A stretch of 64,000 nt of DNA from Bacillota bacterium (GCA_016293805.1 JAEDDI010000002.1:18653-82652), one strand, 5' to 3'. Shown: positions 44,044-55,200, counted from the first letter of the stretch. Numbers and translations: made by a program. Notes: generated by a model not told the origin, from the letters alone.

Positions 44044-44854
44044 GCTTATAGGTTTTGAATTCAGATCCAGCATCAGAATGCTCGCGATAGTGTGGGCCGG
44101 CCTTGTGGCATCTTCGATTCTCTTCGGACTTTCGCTTAGAATTGCATCTTCAAGCGATTCCTTCAGTCTGTTCAGCGGGATAATCACTACAGTTTCGACA
44201 GTTCTTTTCATGGCGCTTTTCATAACTATGATTGTAATCACCGTCATGATTATAGTCCAGAGATTCTACAAGGGTCTTCTGGGTGAGGAAGGATATCTGA
44301 TGCACACGCTTCCGGTAAAGGAATGGCAGCTCATAACCTCCAAGGGTATCTGTGCCACTGTATATATTGTTGCAGGATGCCTTGTGGGAATCCTTGCAAT
44401 CCTGATTGTAACAGCAGTCACTGCGGGAACAACAGAATTCATCTCATTCAGTGACATACGCTTTGTGTTCAGTGAGTATCCGTCAACAGCACTGGTAACA
44501 TTTGAGTCGATAGTCATTCTGATTCTGGCAGCTGTTGCATTTGTATATCAGGTATACACAAGCCTTGCAGTCGGACAGCTTGTAAACAAGCACAGAATAC
44601 TGCTTGCAGTCGGTGCTTTCATAGGAATCAATGTTATAAAATCAGTTATTGAATCAATTACAGTTCTTACCCTTGGCAATTCAGATGCATTCGGGAGAAA
44701 GATGGAAATACTCTTCTCATCAGATACACCTGATGCGCTTCTAATCGGAGGACAGCCGTATATACTGTTCATAATAGCAGTAATCATAATTCAGATAGCT
44801 GTATTCCATATCGTGACAGAGAGACTTCTTTCACTAAAACTCAATCTTCAGTAA
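44024..44854 (+). CDS. polytopic membrane protein, presumed permease partner of the ABC ATPase
   Basis: 276 aa, about 6 TM, overlapping the ATPase gene. No family motif recognised. Confidence 0.5.
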   Translation: MNTMFGKLIGFEFRSSIRMLAIVWAGLVASSILFGLSLRIASSSDSFSLFSGIITTVSTVLFMALFITMIVITVMIIVQRFYKGLLGEEGYLMHTLPVKEWQLITSKGICATVYIVAGCLVGILAILIVTAVTAGTTEFISFSDIRFVFSEYPSTALVTFESIVILILAAVAFVYQVYTSLAVGQLVNKHRILLAVGAFIGINVIKSVIESITVLTLGNSDAFGRKMEILFSSDTPDALLIGGQPYILFIIAVIIIQIAVFHIVTERLLSLKLNLQ

Positions 44855-44858
44855 CATA

Positions 44859-44889
44859 AAATCCTCCGTATCAGTTTTACGGAGGATTT
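44859..44889. terminator. bidirectional terminator between the ABC operon and secA
   Basis: 12-bp stem AAATCCTCCGTA / TACGGAGGATTT, T-rich on both sides. Confidence 0.75.
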
Positions 44890-44898
44890 ATTATTCTA

Positions 44899-47658
44899 TC
44901 AGTTATTTTCCTGGTCCTTCAGCATACAGCAGTTCTTGTATTTCTTTCCCGATCCGCACGGACACATTTCATTTCTTCCTATCTTGACTTCAGTTCTTCT
45001 GTATGTCTCAGGTTTTCTGTTCTGGTTTCTGTCAGGAACCTTCGCCCCTGCAGGAGGAGCTGAAACACCGCCCATTGACGCAGCTTCCGCTTTCTTCTCA
45101 CTGCCTGTACCGATGACATTTCTTCTCTCGGATCTTGTCTGCACGGTTACGTTGTAGCAGAACTTGACTGTCTCTTCCTTAATCTCACCGATTAAATCTT
45201 CGAACATGTCAAATCCTTCATGAGCATATGCAGCGGCAGGATCCTGTTGTCCAAGTCCCCGAAGCCCTATGCCTTCCTTGAGCTGGTCCATTGCATCTAT
45301 ATGATCCATCCACAGATTATCGACTACTCTCAGAAGAATCATTCGTTCCACGTCACGCATTCTTTCTTCACCTATTTCGGCTTCTTTTTCTGCATACATG
45401 GCATCGAATTTCTCCATCACATCATCCATTAGTCTTTCCTGGGTCAGTGCCGGTTTTTCTTCTGCAGAATACTCAAGTCCTTCAAATCTGTCACAGATTC
45501 TTCTAAGCCCCTTGTTTATATCCTCTATGTTCCATTCACTGGCATGTTTTGATGATACTACAGTCTGCTCAACAATGCTTCCGCAGAGTTCTTCAGTCAT
45601 ATTGCGGATATACTCTCTGAGGTTCTCCCCTGTCAGAACCTTCTGGCGTTCTCCGTAGATTATTTCTCTCTGCTTGTTCATTACATTATCATACTGCAGA
45701 ACGTATTTACGTATTCCGAAGTTCTTTCCTTCGACCTTCTTCTGCGCATTCTCGATTGACTTAGTCAGCATTCCCGATTCAATCGCCTCGTCATCTCCAA
45801 CGCCCATCCTGTCTACAATTCCCTTCGCTCTTTCTCCTCCGAACAGTCTCATAAGGTCGTCTTCAAGCGAAATGAAGAACTGTGTGCATCCCGGGTCTCC
45901 CTGTCTTCCCGATCGGCCTCTCAGCTGGTTGTCGATACGTCTTGATTCGTGTCTTTCGGTACCTATTATGCAAAGTCCGCCAAGTTCTCTGACTTTAGCC
46001 TGTTCGTCTTTTCTCTCTTCCCTGAATTTTGCAAGAAGTTCTGCATAGTGTTTTCTTGCAGCAAGGAGTTCTTTATCATCGGATTCCACGAAACTTGTTG
46101 CAAATGCAATAGCCTCGCTGTCATAGCCCTCCTTCGACATCTCTCTTCTGGCCTCGAAATCCGGATTTCCTCCAAGTATTATGTCTGTACCACGGCCGGC
46201 CATATTAGTCGCAATTGTGACCATGTTGAACCTGCCTGCCTCAGCAACTATTTCTGCTTCCTTTTCGTGCTGCTTTGCGTTCAGGACATTATGCTTAATC
46301 CCCCTCTTCTTAAGTTTCGAGGAAATGTATTCTGATTTTTCAATCGATATTGTACCTACAAGAACAGGCTGCCCTGTCGCATGCACCTGTGCAATTCTGT
46401 CCACAATAGCATCAAACTTGCCTTTCTCTGTGGCATATATGGCATCCTGAAGATCCTGTCTTACAACCGGTTTGTTTGTAGGAATTTCCACAACATCCAT
46501 GTTGTAGATTTCTCTGAATTCTTCTTCTTCAGTCTTTGCAGTACCTGTCATTCCTGCAAGTTTCTGATACATTCTGAAATAGTTCTGGATAGTAACTGTC
46601 GCCAGAGTCTTGGACTCCGAACGTACAAGAAGGCCTTCCTTTGCTTCGATGGCCTGATGAAGTCCGTTGGAGTATCTTCTTCCGAACATAAGTCTTCCTG
46701 TGAATTCATCGACGATTACAATTTCACCATCTTTAATGATATAGTCTATATCCTTGTGCATAAGGGCTCTTGCACGCAGCGCAGCCATCACATGGTGATT
46801 GATTTCCATATGCTCAGGATCCGAGAAGTTGTCAAGACCGAATGCCTTTTCACACTTGGTCACACCTGCATCTGTGAGTGCGACTGTCTTGTCCTTCTCG
46901 TCTGTTGTGAAGTCATCGTCTGCTCTGAGTGTCTTTACAAAGTCATCTGCCTGCCTGTAAAGATCTGTCGATTTATCCCCCTGTCCGGATATGATGAGCG
47001 GAGTTCTCGCCTCATCTATAAGGATAGAGTCGACTTCGTCTATGATTGCATAATTCAAAGGTCTCTGCATCATATTCTCTTCGTATGAAACCATATTGTC
47101 GCGAAGATAGTCGAAACCGAACTCGTTGTTTGTTCCGTATGTTATATCAGCCTGATAAGCGGCTTTTCTGTCCTTTGTTGAAACACCGTGAACAACGCAT
47201 CCTACTGTCAGCCCCAGGAATGTATACAGTTTCCCCATCCATTCCATGTCTCGCTTTGCAAGATAGTCATTGACTGTTACAACATGAACGCCCTTCCCCT
47301 CAAGCGCATTCAGATAAACCGGCAGTGTTGCAACAAGTGTCTTACCTTCACCGGTCTTCATTTCAGCTATTCTGCCTTCATGAAGAACGATTCCGCCAAT
47401 GAGCTGAACTCTGAAGTGCTTCATACCCAGGCTTCGAACAGCGCCTTCACGGCAGACTGCAAATGCCTCCACAAGAATATCATCGAGTGTCTCTCCATTT
47501 TTGAGACGTTCTCTGAATTCCTGCGTCTTTGCACGAAGTTCTTCATTGCTCAGAGCCTGCATCTTTTCATCAAGCTCCTCAATCTTATCTACGGTCCTGC
47601 CTATCTTTTTGATTTCTTTGGCATTCAGATCACCGAAGATTTTCTCCATAAATCCCAT
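44899..47658 (-). CDS. secA: preprotein translocase ATPase SecA
   Basis: 919 aa. MKTGEGKTL Walker [20 protein letters not shown], and the C-terminal zinc finger [13 protein letters not shown]. Confidence 0.96.
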   Translation of the reverse strand: MGFMEKIFGDLNAKEIKKIGRTVDKIEELDEKMQALSNEELRAKTQEFRERLKNGETLDDILVEAFAVCREGAVRSLGMKHFRVQLIGGIVLHEGRIAEMKTGEGKTLVATLPVYLNALEGKGVHVVTVNDYLAKRDMEWMGKLYTFLGLTVGCVVHGVSTKDRKAAYQADITYGTNNEFGFDYLRDNMVSYEENMMQRPLNYAIIDEVDSILIDEARTPLIISGQGDKSTDLYRQADDFVKTLRADDDFTTDEKDKTVALTDAGVTKCEKAFGLDNFSDPEHMEINHHVMAALRARALMHKDIDYIIKDGEIVIVDEFTGRLMFGRRYSNGLHQAIEAKEGLLVRSESKTLATVTIQNYFRMYQKLAGMTGTAKTEEEEFREIYNMDVVEIPTNKPVVRQDLQDAIYATEKGKFDAIVDRIAQVHATGQPVLVGTISIEKSEYISSKLKKRGIKHNVLNAKQHEKEAEIVAEAGRFNMVTIATNMAGRGTDIILGGNPDFEARREMSKEGYDSEAIAFATSFVESDDKELLAARKHYAELLAKFREERKDEQAKVRELGGLCIIGTERHESRRIDNQLRGRSGRQGDPGCTQFFISLEDDLMRLFGGERAKGIVDRMGVGDDEAIESGMLTKSIENAQKKVEGKNFGIRKYVLQYDNVMNKQREIIYGERQKVLTGENLREYIRNMTEELCGSIVEQTVVSSKHASEWNIEDINKGLRRICDRFEGLEYSAEEKPALTQERLMDDVMEKFDAMYAEKEAEIGEERMRDVERMILLRVVDNLWMDHIDAMDQLKEGIGLRGLGQQDPAAAYAHEGFDMFEDLIGEIKEETVKFCYNVTVQTRSERRNVIGTGSEKKAEAASMGGVSAPPAGAKVPDRNQNRKPETYRRTEVKIGRNEMCPCGSGKKYKNCCMLKDQENN

Positions 47659-47670
47659 AACTTTTTCCTC

Positions 47671-48987
47671 CTATTCATCTGTTTCAGGCAGTGTCTCTAC
47701 AGTCAGATTGATTTCAAGTGCTTTCCTTTCGTCTGCCTTTGTAACCTTTGCCCTGAACAGTTTATTATCGCATTCATATTCAAAACTGTCACCTGCGTCA
47801 GGGAGCTTGTTCAGCTCTCTAACAACCCATCCGTTTACAGTATTTGCATCTGTCTTGTCCTCAACATCAAAGAAATCGAACAGCTTGTCGATGTCTGTAT
47901 TTGCCTTGACTCTGTAGCTGCCGTCATAAAGCGGCATTATCTCCTGAGATATTACAGTATCATGTTCATCATAGATTTCACCGACGAGTTCTTCTATAAT
48001 ATCCTCCATTGTGACTATTCCTGCCATCCCGCCGTACTCATCGATTATAACCGCCATGTGTGTCTTCTCGGTCTGGAGTTTTTTCAGCAGCACAGGAATC
48101 TTCATTGTCTCAGGTGCAAAAACAACAGGCGCTACATATTCACTTATCTCTGCGTGTCTTCCGTAAACATAATTATGGAAGTCTTTCTGGTTGAGAACGC
48201 CAAGTATGTTGTCTATTTCATCATCATAGACAGGAAGCCTTGAAAATCCGCTGTCTCTGAAAGTCTTGAGTATATCGTCCTTATTCTCATGAACATCTAT
48301 TGCCATCACGTCAACTCTGGGCGTGAGAACATCCCATGCTTCAAGATCGTTGAATTCAATCGCATTCTGGATGAGTTCCGAGCGTTCCTCGTCGAATTCA
48401 CCTTCTGTTTCAGCCTCCTCAACCATTGTGAGAAGTTCCTCCTCTGTAACGCCCTTGTCCTTGTCGATTTTAAAAATGAGACTGACCAGTCTCTTCCATG
48501 CCGAAAACAATATATTCAGCGGCTTGAATACGACCATCAGAATCTTTATTACCGGAGCCGATACCATTGAAAATGACTCCGGAGCCTCCTTAGCAAGACT
48601 CTTAGGGGTTATTTCTCCGAAAATTAGAACGGCAACTGTTGTCACGACTGTGGCCACAGTTGGACCCAGACTTCCAAAAATCTCCACAAACAGAAGAGTC
48701 GCTATTACTGTTGTAAGTATATTGACTATGTTATTCCCGATTAGAATTGTCGTCAGTAGTGTATCATAGTTATCGCTCAGTTCCAGAACGCGCCGCGCGC
48801 GTCTGCTTCCATCCGATGCCATGTTCTTGATTCTGATTCTGTTAAGCGATGTAAACGCTGTCTCTGTTGCGGAAAAATACCCCGACAGGAATATGAGAAC
48901 AGCAATCGCCACTATATATCCTATTATTCTGCTTGTCAAATTTTCCTCCGAACATACGTAATTCAGATTAATTATACCAAATGACAC
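47671..48987 (-). CDS. CNNM/CorC-type hemolysin-family protein (DUF21, CBS pair, CorC_HlyC)
   Basis: 438 aa. N-terminal TM DUF21, CBS region, and a C-terminal CorC/HlyC-type domain. Confidence 0.85.
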   Translation of the reverse strand: MSFGIINLNYVCSEENLTSRIIGYIVAIAVLIFLSGYFSATETAFTSLNRIRIKNMASDGSRRARRVLELSDNYDTLLTTILIGNNIVNILTTVIATLLFVEIFGSLGPTVATVVTTVAVLIFGEITPKSLAKEAPESFSMVSAPVIKILMVVFKPLNILFSAWKRLVSLIFKIDKDKGVTEEELLTMVEEAETEGEFDEERSELIQNAIEFNDLEAWDVLTPRVDVMAIDVHENKDDILKTFRDSGFSRLPVYDDEIDNILGVLNQKDFHNYVYGRHAEISEYVAPVVFAPETMKIPVLLKKLQTEKTHMAVIIDEYGGMAGIVTMEDIIEELVGEIYDEHDTVISQEIMPLYDGSYRVKANTDIDKLFDFFDVEDKTDANTVNGWVVRELNKLPDAGDSFEYECDNKLFRAKVTKADERKALEINLTVETLPETDE

Positions 48988-49055
48988 ACCTATTTCAAGA
49001 AAAAGGAGTGCAAAATAACTGCCTAAAGGCAGCTATTTCAACAAAATACCATAAT

Positions 49056-49712
49056 TCATTTAACGACATGAGCTCTTATCCTCTGATATATGCGCTCAAA
49101 TACCTTGATGATACATCCCACAGCAACTGCTGCGAATATACTTCCCTCTCTTACACCTTCAAGCCTTCCCAGACCTGCAAGACATATTACTGCAGCCGCG
49201 GCTATCATAATGACATCTGCAGCTATCTTAATATTCGCATATTTCTTTCCTGTAACAGTGGCTATGGCTCTGTTCAGAGCCTCTCCCGGAAGCATGGCAA
49301 CTCCGCCTCTGAACTGAAGCCAGATGCCGAATCCGAGAACCACGCAGGAGATGAGCATGTACAATACCTGGTCAAGGTATGTGTCGACAGAAAGATTCCT
49401 TATGACATACACCCACATGTCAGTAAGGTATCCGTAGGCAAAAGCAAGGACAGTCTGTATTCCAATTTCAAGTTTGCTGCACTTTCCGCGAAGAATAATC
49501 ACCTGGGCCGTAATCTGCATAATGCTCAGCACATTCAGCCATGTTCCAAACGACAGACACGTCAAAAGGAGCGAAACAGAATACGGAACAGAAGCAACCG
49601 GTGTTGTCCCAAGACCTGCCTTTGTTGAGAAGGCAACACCCAGAGCAGCTATGGCAAGACCGGTCAGGAATACAAGATATCTTCGAATCAGATTGTCTTT
49701 TCTTTCTTCCAT
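49056..49712 (-). CDS. YczE/YitT-like membrane protein
   Basis: Polytopic. GVAFSTKAGLGTTPV motif. Start refined to ATG 49712 (MEERKD...). Confidence 0.5.
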   Translation of the reverse strand: MEERKDNLIRRYLVFLTGLAIAALGVAFSTKAGLGTTPVASVPYSVSLLLTCLSFGTWLNVLSIMQITAQVIILRGKCSKLEIGIQTVLAFAYGYLTDMWVYVIRNLSVDTYLDQVLYMLISCVVLGFGIWLQFRGGVAMLPGEALNRAIATVTGKKYANIKIAADVIMIAAAAVICLAGLGRLEGVREGSIFAAVAVGCIIKVFERIYQRIRAHVVK

Positions 49713-49730
49713 ATATCCTTCCGGAAACAA

Positions 49731-50657
49731 TTAAAACACCGGTGTAATACTGTTTATTTCATAAGGTGTGCTCTGGTACACGATGTAGTTGAGCCAGTTC
49801 TGGTATATCAGGTTCGCATGAGACCTCCATGTAACCACCGGTTCTTTTGTGTCATCATCATCCGGGAAATAGTTTTTCGGAACCTTTATATCCAGCCCGA
49901 GAGCCTTGTCTCTGAAGTATTCATTGGCAAGTGTCTCTCCGTCATACTCGGAGTGTCCCATCACGAACACCTGTCTTCCTCTATCTGTCATGCATACATA
50001 AACCCCCGCTTCTTCAGATGAGGCAAGTATTTTGAGTTTTTTGCAGTTCTCTATATCTTTTCTGTCAACAGTGGTGTTTCTCGAGTGGGGAACCATAAAT
50101 CTGTCATCAAATCCTCTCATGAGTATTGATTTCTTCCTGTCGCACTTATGCTCAAAAACTCCGAACATCTTTTCAGGAAGCGTCACCTTGGGAATTCCAA
50201 AATGGTAGTATAGGCCTGCCTGTGCGCCCCAGCAGATATGAAAAGTGCTGTACACATGGGTTCTTGACCACTCCATTATTGCACACAATTCCTTCCAGTA
50301 TTCAACTTCCTCAAATTCGAGAAGTTCAACAGGAGCCCCCGTTATTATCATACCGTCAAAGAATCTGTCTTTTACGTCATCAAAAGTCGAATAGAATTTA
50401 AGCATGTGATCCCTTGAAACATTCTTCGCCTCATGGGTTTTCATCTGCATGAGTTCTAGTTCCACCTGAAGCGGAGTATTGCCCAGAACTCTTGCAAGCT
50501 GAGTTTCTGTTGCAATTTTTGTCGGCATCAGATTGAGCACAAGAATCTCAAGCGGACGGATTTCCTGTGAACCCGCTCTGCTGTTATCCATTACAAAAAT
50601 ATTCTCTTCTGTCAGCGTTTTGGTTGCCGGCAGTTTATCCGGAATAATTATCGGCAT
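49731..50657 (-). CDS. metA: homoserine O-acyltransferase (MetA family)
   Basis: 308 aa. [12 protein letters not shown]-terminus, LNLMP, and [10 protein letters not shown] with the active-site Cys. Confidence 0.9.
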   Translation of the reverse strand: MPIIIPDKLPATKTLTEENIFVMDNSRAGSQEIRPLEILVLNLMPTKIATETQLARVLGNTPLQVELELMQMKTHEAKNVSRDHMLKFYSTFDDVKDRFFDGMIITGAPVELLEFEEVEYWKELCAIMEWSRTHVYSTFHICWGAQAGLYYHFGIPKVTLPEKMFGVFEHKCDRKKSILMRGFDDRFMVPHSRNTTVDRKDIENCKKLKILASSEEAGVYVCMTDRGRQVFVMGHSEYDGETLANEYFRDKALGLDIKVPKNYFPDDDDTKEPVVTWRSHANLIYQNWLNYIVYQSTPYEINSITPVF

Positions 50658-50682
50658 ATACTTTCATCCCTTCCTAAATAGT

Positions 50683-51957
50683 TTATTCCAATGCCTGTGC
50701 GATATCTGCAATCAGGTCTTCAGCGTCCTCAAGACCGCATGAAAGTCGTACAAGATCAGGGCCGACTCCCGCAGCCACAAGCTCTTCATCATTCATCTGA
50801 CGATGTGTTGAGCTTGCAGGATGAAGGCAGCATGTTCTCGCATCGGCAACATGTGTCTCAATTGCAGCAATTCTTAGTTTGGCCATGAATTCTTCAGCTG
50901 CCGCTCTTCCTCCCTTTACTCCAAAACTTACTACTCCGCATGAACCTTCCGGAAGATACTTCTGTGCAAGCTCATAGTTTTCATCCCCTTCAAGACCGCA
51001 GTATTTGACCCATGCAATGCGGTCATGTCCTTCAAGGAATCTTGCAACAGCAAGACCATTGTCCGCATGTCTCCTCATTCTTACATGAAGGCTTTCAAGT
51101 CCCAGATTAAGCAGATATGCGTTCTGAGGGGACTGGATTGAACCGAAATCTCTCATCAGCTGTACTGTCGCCTTGGTAATATATGCTCCTTCTTTTCCGA
51201 ATCTTTCTGCATATGTTACTCCATGATAACTATCATCAGGTTCACACAGCCCCGGATACTTGTCAGCATGACTTAGCCAGTCGAATCTTCCTGAATCAAC
51301 TATGCATCCGCCGACTCCCGCGCCGTGTCCGTCCATGTACTTTGTTGTAGAGTGAGTAACGATATCCGCACCCCATTCAAACGGTCTGCAGTGAACAGGT
51401 GTTGCAAATGTATTATCGATTATAAGGGGGACTCCGTGTCTGTGGGCAGCATCAGCAAACCTTTCGATATCAAGCACTGTAAGTGCAGGGTTTGCAATCG
51501 TCTCACCAAAGACTGCCTTTGTGTTCGGTCTGAATGCAGCATCAAGCTCCTCATCTGTGGCATGTGGAGAAACAAATGTGAATTCAATTCCCATTTTCTT
51601 CATTGTTACAGCGAAAAGATTGTATGTTCCGCCGTAGATTGTTGATGATGAGATGATGTGATCCCCGCATGAAGCGATATTGAACACAGCATAAAAATTC
51701 GCAGCCTGACCTGAAGATGTCAGCATTGCAGCCGTACCTCCTTCAAGCGATGCAATCTTGGCTGCCACATAATCGTTTGTTGGGTTCTGAAGCCTTGTAT
51801 AGAAATACCCTGATGCTTCAAGATCAAACAGTTTACCCATCTCCTGGCTTGTACTGTATTTAAAAGTAGTGCTCTGTATAATCGGAATCTGTCTTGGTTC
51901 TCCGTTGCCCGGAGTATACCCGTCCTGAACACATTTTGTTCCTATTCCTTTATTCAT
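50683..51957 (-). CDS. metY: O-acetylhomoserine aminocarboxypropyltransferase (sulfhydrylase)
   Basis: 424 aa. Cys/Met-metabolism PLP enzyme with the HSTTKYMDGHG lysine motif. Confidence 0.9.
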   Translation of the reverse strand: MNKGIGTKCVQDGYTPGNGEPRQIPIIQSTTFKYSTSQEMGKLFDLEASGYFYTRLQNPTNDYVAAKIASLEGGTAAMLTSSGQAANFYAVFNIASCGDHIISSSTIYGGTYNLFAVTMKKMGIEFTFVSPHATDEELDAAFRPNTKAVFGETIANPALTVLDIERFADAAHRHGVPLIIDNTFATPVHCRPFEWGADIVTHSTTKYMDGHGAGVGGCIVDSGRFDWLSHADKYPGLCEPDDSYHGVTYAERFGKEGAYITKATVQLMRDFGSIQSPQNAYLLNLGLESLHVRMRRHADNGLAVARFLEGHDRIAWVKYCGLEGDENYELAQKYLPEGSCGVVSFGVKGGRAAAEEFMAKLRIAAIETHVADARTCCLHPASSTHRQMNDEELVAAGVGPDLVRLSCGLEDAEDLIADIAQALE

Positions 51958-51971
51958 ATATATTTCCTCCT

Positions 51972-52011
51972 AAAAAAATTAAGGCGACCTGGTCACGCCA
52001 AAATCGCCTTT
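51972..52011 (-). terminator. leader (attenuator) terminator immediately upstream of the metY SD
   Basis: Minus strand: AAGGCGA (52010..52004), loop, UCGCCUU (51987..51981), then AAUUUUUUU, followed directly by the AGGAGG SD of metY. Confidence 0.7.
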
Positions 52012-52032
52012 AGTAATCTTAACAGTTTAAGA

Positions 52033-52098
52033 TTAAACCAAAGGCGTGCTGCACATCATCATAGTCATATTAAATTTTCCAAATGATGAAAAACGCAT
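52033..52098 (-). CDS. 21-aa Met-run leader peptide MRFSSFGKFNMTMMMCSTPLV (candidate attenuation sensor)
   Basis: ATG 52098, preceded by GGAGGA at 6-nt spacing. Four ATG codons fall within codons 11 to 15, followed by TGC. The 3' end and stop codon are embedded in the 5' arm of the antiterminator helix. Confidence 0.5.
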   Translation of the reverse strand: MRFSSFGKFNMTMMMCSTPLV

Positions 52099-52136
52099 GT
52101 CCTTCCTCCAGTATTCACATAGCTATATCAAGATTA

Positions 52137-52165
52137 ATTGTATTCTTCCTACATATTTTTGTCAA
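52137..52165 (-). promoter_or_regulatory. near-consensus promoter of the metY-metA leader (TTGACA-N17-TACAAT)
   Basis: Minus strand: TTGACA at 52165..52160 and TACAAT at 52142..52137. Confidence 0.6.
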
Positions 52166-52174
52166 CAAAAACAT

Positions 52175-52217
52175 CAAAAACAACAAAAGGAGACGGAAAA
52201 TGGTAAATTCCGCCTCC
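52175..52217 (-). terminator. rho-independent terminator of the giant surface-protein gene
   Basis: GGAGGCGG / CCGTCTCC stem (52217..52189, one mismatch), followed by a long T-rich run on the minus strand. Confidence 0.75.
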
Positions 52218-52223
52218 AGAATG

Positions 52224-55200
52224 TCAGTCTTCTTTTCTCATTTCAGCAACAGCAATGAATATGAGCAGAATCATCATAAGAGCAAACAGTGCCGGCCATT
52301 TGAAAACAGATATATCTATTCCTGTCTTCACATGTGCTGATACTCCCTGGGGCACAGCTCCCTTAACAGATATGCTCTGTTTCTCATCATTGATATCATG
52401 ATGCGCTGCAACCTTGTATCTGTTATCTATATACAGTGTTTCAAACACAACAAACTCTCTGCCTCTCATTCTGTCTTCATCGAACGGAAACTCAACCGTC
52501 ACCTCACCGTCTGACTCTTCCGGTATGAAGAAACAATATCCCTTCACCTTCTGCCCATCTATAAGAAACGGTTTTCCCGAAGCCTTGTCCATCAGAGTTC
52601 CCCATACACAGTATTCTCTTCCCGGTATAAGATTAGTGTAGCTTACTCTGTCTGTTATCTTTCCTCTCTCAAAGCCGGCACTTGTCTTTATCATCGGAAG
52701 TCTCACTGTCTGCTCGGCACACGAAATGTCCTCATGCGATGCAATAAGAACGCCATCACAGTAAATTCTTTCAAATACTGCTACACTTCTGCCCTCTAAA
52801 CCTTCTGCATCCATATCAAAGGTTATTTCAATGCTGCCTGATGATTCTTCAGCAGTAAATGTCTTCTCCGACCAGGTTCCATAGATTTCTTTTCCTGTTT
52901 TGCAGTCATGAAGTTCTCCCTTCACTGTGTACTCTCTTCCCTTTTCAAGTCCGCTGTACAACACATTGTCACGAACTGTGAGCCTGCCGGCGAATGCTAT
53001 CTTCTCCCCTGTAAGCGCATCCGATGCAGATGTACCTATTTCAGGAAAGGATACAGTCTGCATTGCGTCACCACTGTCAGTATGTGACGCTATAAGTCTG
53101 CCGTCCAGATAGATTCTCTCAAAGATAACAGCTTCTCTGCCCTTCATATCTTCCGCGTCGAATGTATATTCAATTTCAACGCTGCCCGATGCATCTGCAG
53201 TAAATGCTTTTTTCGCAGAGGCAAGAACCCTGCCGCAGTCTTTATCAATAACCTCTCCTTCTGCAGTATACGTTCTGCCCGCATCAAACCCCGAATAGGT
53301 GATAACATCCGTTACCGTAACACTTCCTGATGCATACGCTGTTCTGTTGCCCGGATGAATATAGTATGCGGAAGTTCTGATCTCAGGCGCAGTTGACGGT
53401 GTAACAGGTATATCTTTTCGTCTGTTGACAACAGGTTTCACATCAGGACCGTCGCCTGCATTAATAAGTACCGGGACTGCATCAGATCCTGTGCTCTGTC
53501 TTTCCAGCACCTGGGTTTTGCTGCTCCTTACTTCGCATTCTGCTCCTCCTGCTTCACCTTTCGGACTTACATATTCATCCAGTGTATAATACGATGACAT
53601 TTCAAGAATTCCATCTTCTGAAAAATCAAAAACTGTATATGCTCCGTCCTGCAATGTGATTTTTTCTCCGCCTTTTATCTTCCTGCCGGCTGTTTCAAGG
53701 AAGTAACTGTCTTCTTCTCTTGATATGACTGCTGTAATCGTCCTTTCCTCAGAAAGTTCCAGTTTCACTTCAGTCATTTTATCATCCCCGGCAGATGCTT
53801 TAAGTGAAGCACTGCAGTAATATCCTGAAGATTTAGGCGCATATGAAATTCTTCTGCCGTCAAACTGACCCTCAAATCCATAGTCTGAAACAGAAACATT
53901 CAGAGTTTTCCCTCCCGGCATTGTGATTTTTCTGTTTCCTTCTATTACAGTTGTCACAACTGCAGCATCAGCATATCGTTTCACGGTAATTTCCTCATCT
54001 GCAAACTCACGGTCAAGATCTGTACCCTCAAATGAAGGCATCGGATATCTGTCTGACACTCTGAATGTCAGTACAGCCTTTCCCTTCTCCTTCATGTATA
54101 GACTGCCATCTATTCCGTCTTTTTCAGAATATATTCTGACAGCTCCTTCAGGCCTGTCTTCTTCTCCTGCCCTGAACCAGAACTTTTCATCAGAAAGTTC
54201 ATATCCTGTGCCTGCTGTTATCTCAGAAACATAGTATATTCCTTCAGGAAGTCTGTATTTTTCAGATGTATTTCCGTTCTTGTCAAATGAAATCACACCG
54301 ACAAGACTTCCTTCCTTCGCATTCTTCAGTTTTTCTCCCGTATATATACCAAACACAGCACTGCTTCCCGGCATGAAACTGCCGCTGTTTTCGAACACTT
54401 TTTTCATATCTATCTGAACATCGCAGTACCTGTTTCTGAATACCGCATTCTTCCATACAAGAGGTGTATGCATATTCACATATGACAGCGTAATTTCCTG
54501 TGACTTTTCCTCCGGTACGTATCCGGCAGGACTTTCCAGTTCCCTTACAATATATGTTCCAAGCGGCAGAGGTTCCGATACAGCTCTTCCGTCATCTCCG
54601 GAGGTTATAACTGATACCAGATCAGATACGGCATACCTCTGGGTTCTGTAAATATTTGAAACTTCAATCACTCCAGAATTCACGCCTTCATCTGTCGTTA
54701 TCTGATAGATATCCGCTCTGTACCCATCTCCGTATACCACACTGCACGGTGCATCACTCCCGTTTTTTGTCAGTATCTCTATTGTGTAATATACGTCCTT
54801 GTCTGCTTCTCCTCTGTGCTGATATGACCTTACGATGAGGTTATCACTTTCATACGCTGTATGTTTTCTTCTGTCAGATGACAGTTTTGAATACCAGTCG
54901 AGTATATGCTCTTCTATATTCCCCTCTCCATCTATCCTCGATGCTCTTATCTGGGGTGTTACAATATCATAATCGGCAGAAACAGCGTCAAGAGGTACAG
55001 TAACCAGCGCTTTTGTCCATTCTCCCATTGTTGATATTTCTGTTTTCACACCGTCTTCACCCTTAAGGTATACAGGCACTTCCCTTTCTTCGGATATGAA
55101 AACATCTTTTCCGTCTTTCCTTTCATGAACATAGCCTGCACCTGTCACAATTTCAGGTCTTGTTTCGCTCTGTCCTGAGATTTCTGTCACTGCCTTTTGC

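Noticed and set aside
47188-48243. 351-aa plus-strand ORF, along with 46381..47088 (235 aa) and 45674..46335
   Set aside because: They are antisense to secA and the CNNM gene. The sequences are low-complexity, Cys/Phe/Leu-rich and lack an SD. They are typical shadow ORFs of strongly supported minus-strand genes.
51958-52170. Expected S-box (SAM-I) riboswitch or Met T-box upstream of metY
   Set aside because: By eye I could not find the SAM-I core (…GGUGGAGGGA…GGCAACC…) or the T-box 14-mer (AANNNGGGUGGNACCGCG). The leader is only about 170 nt. This is visual inspection only and needs a covariance-model search.
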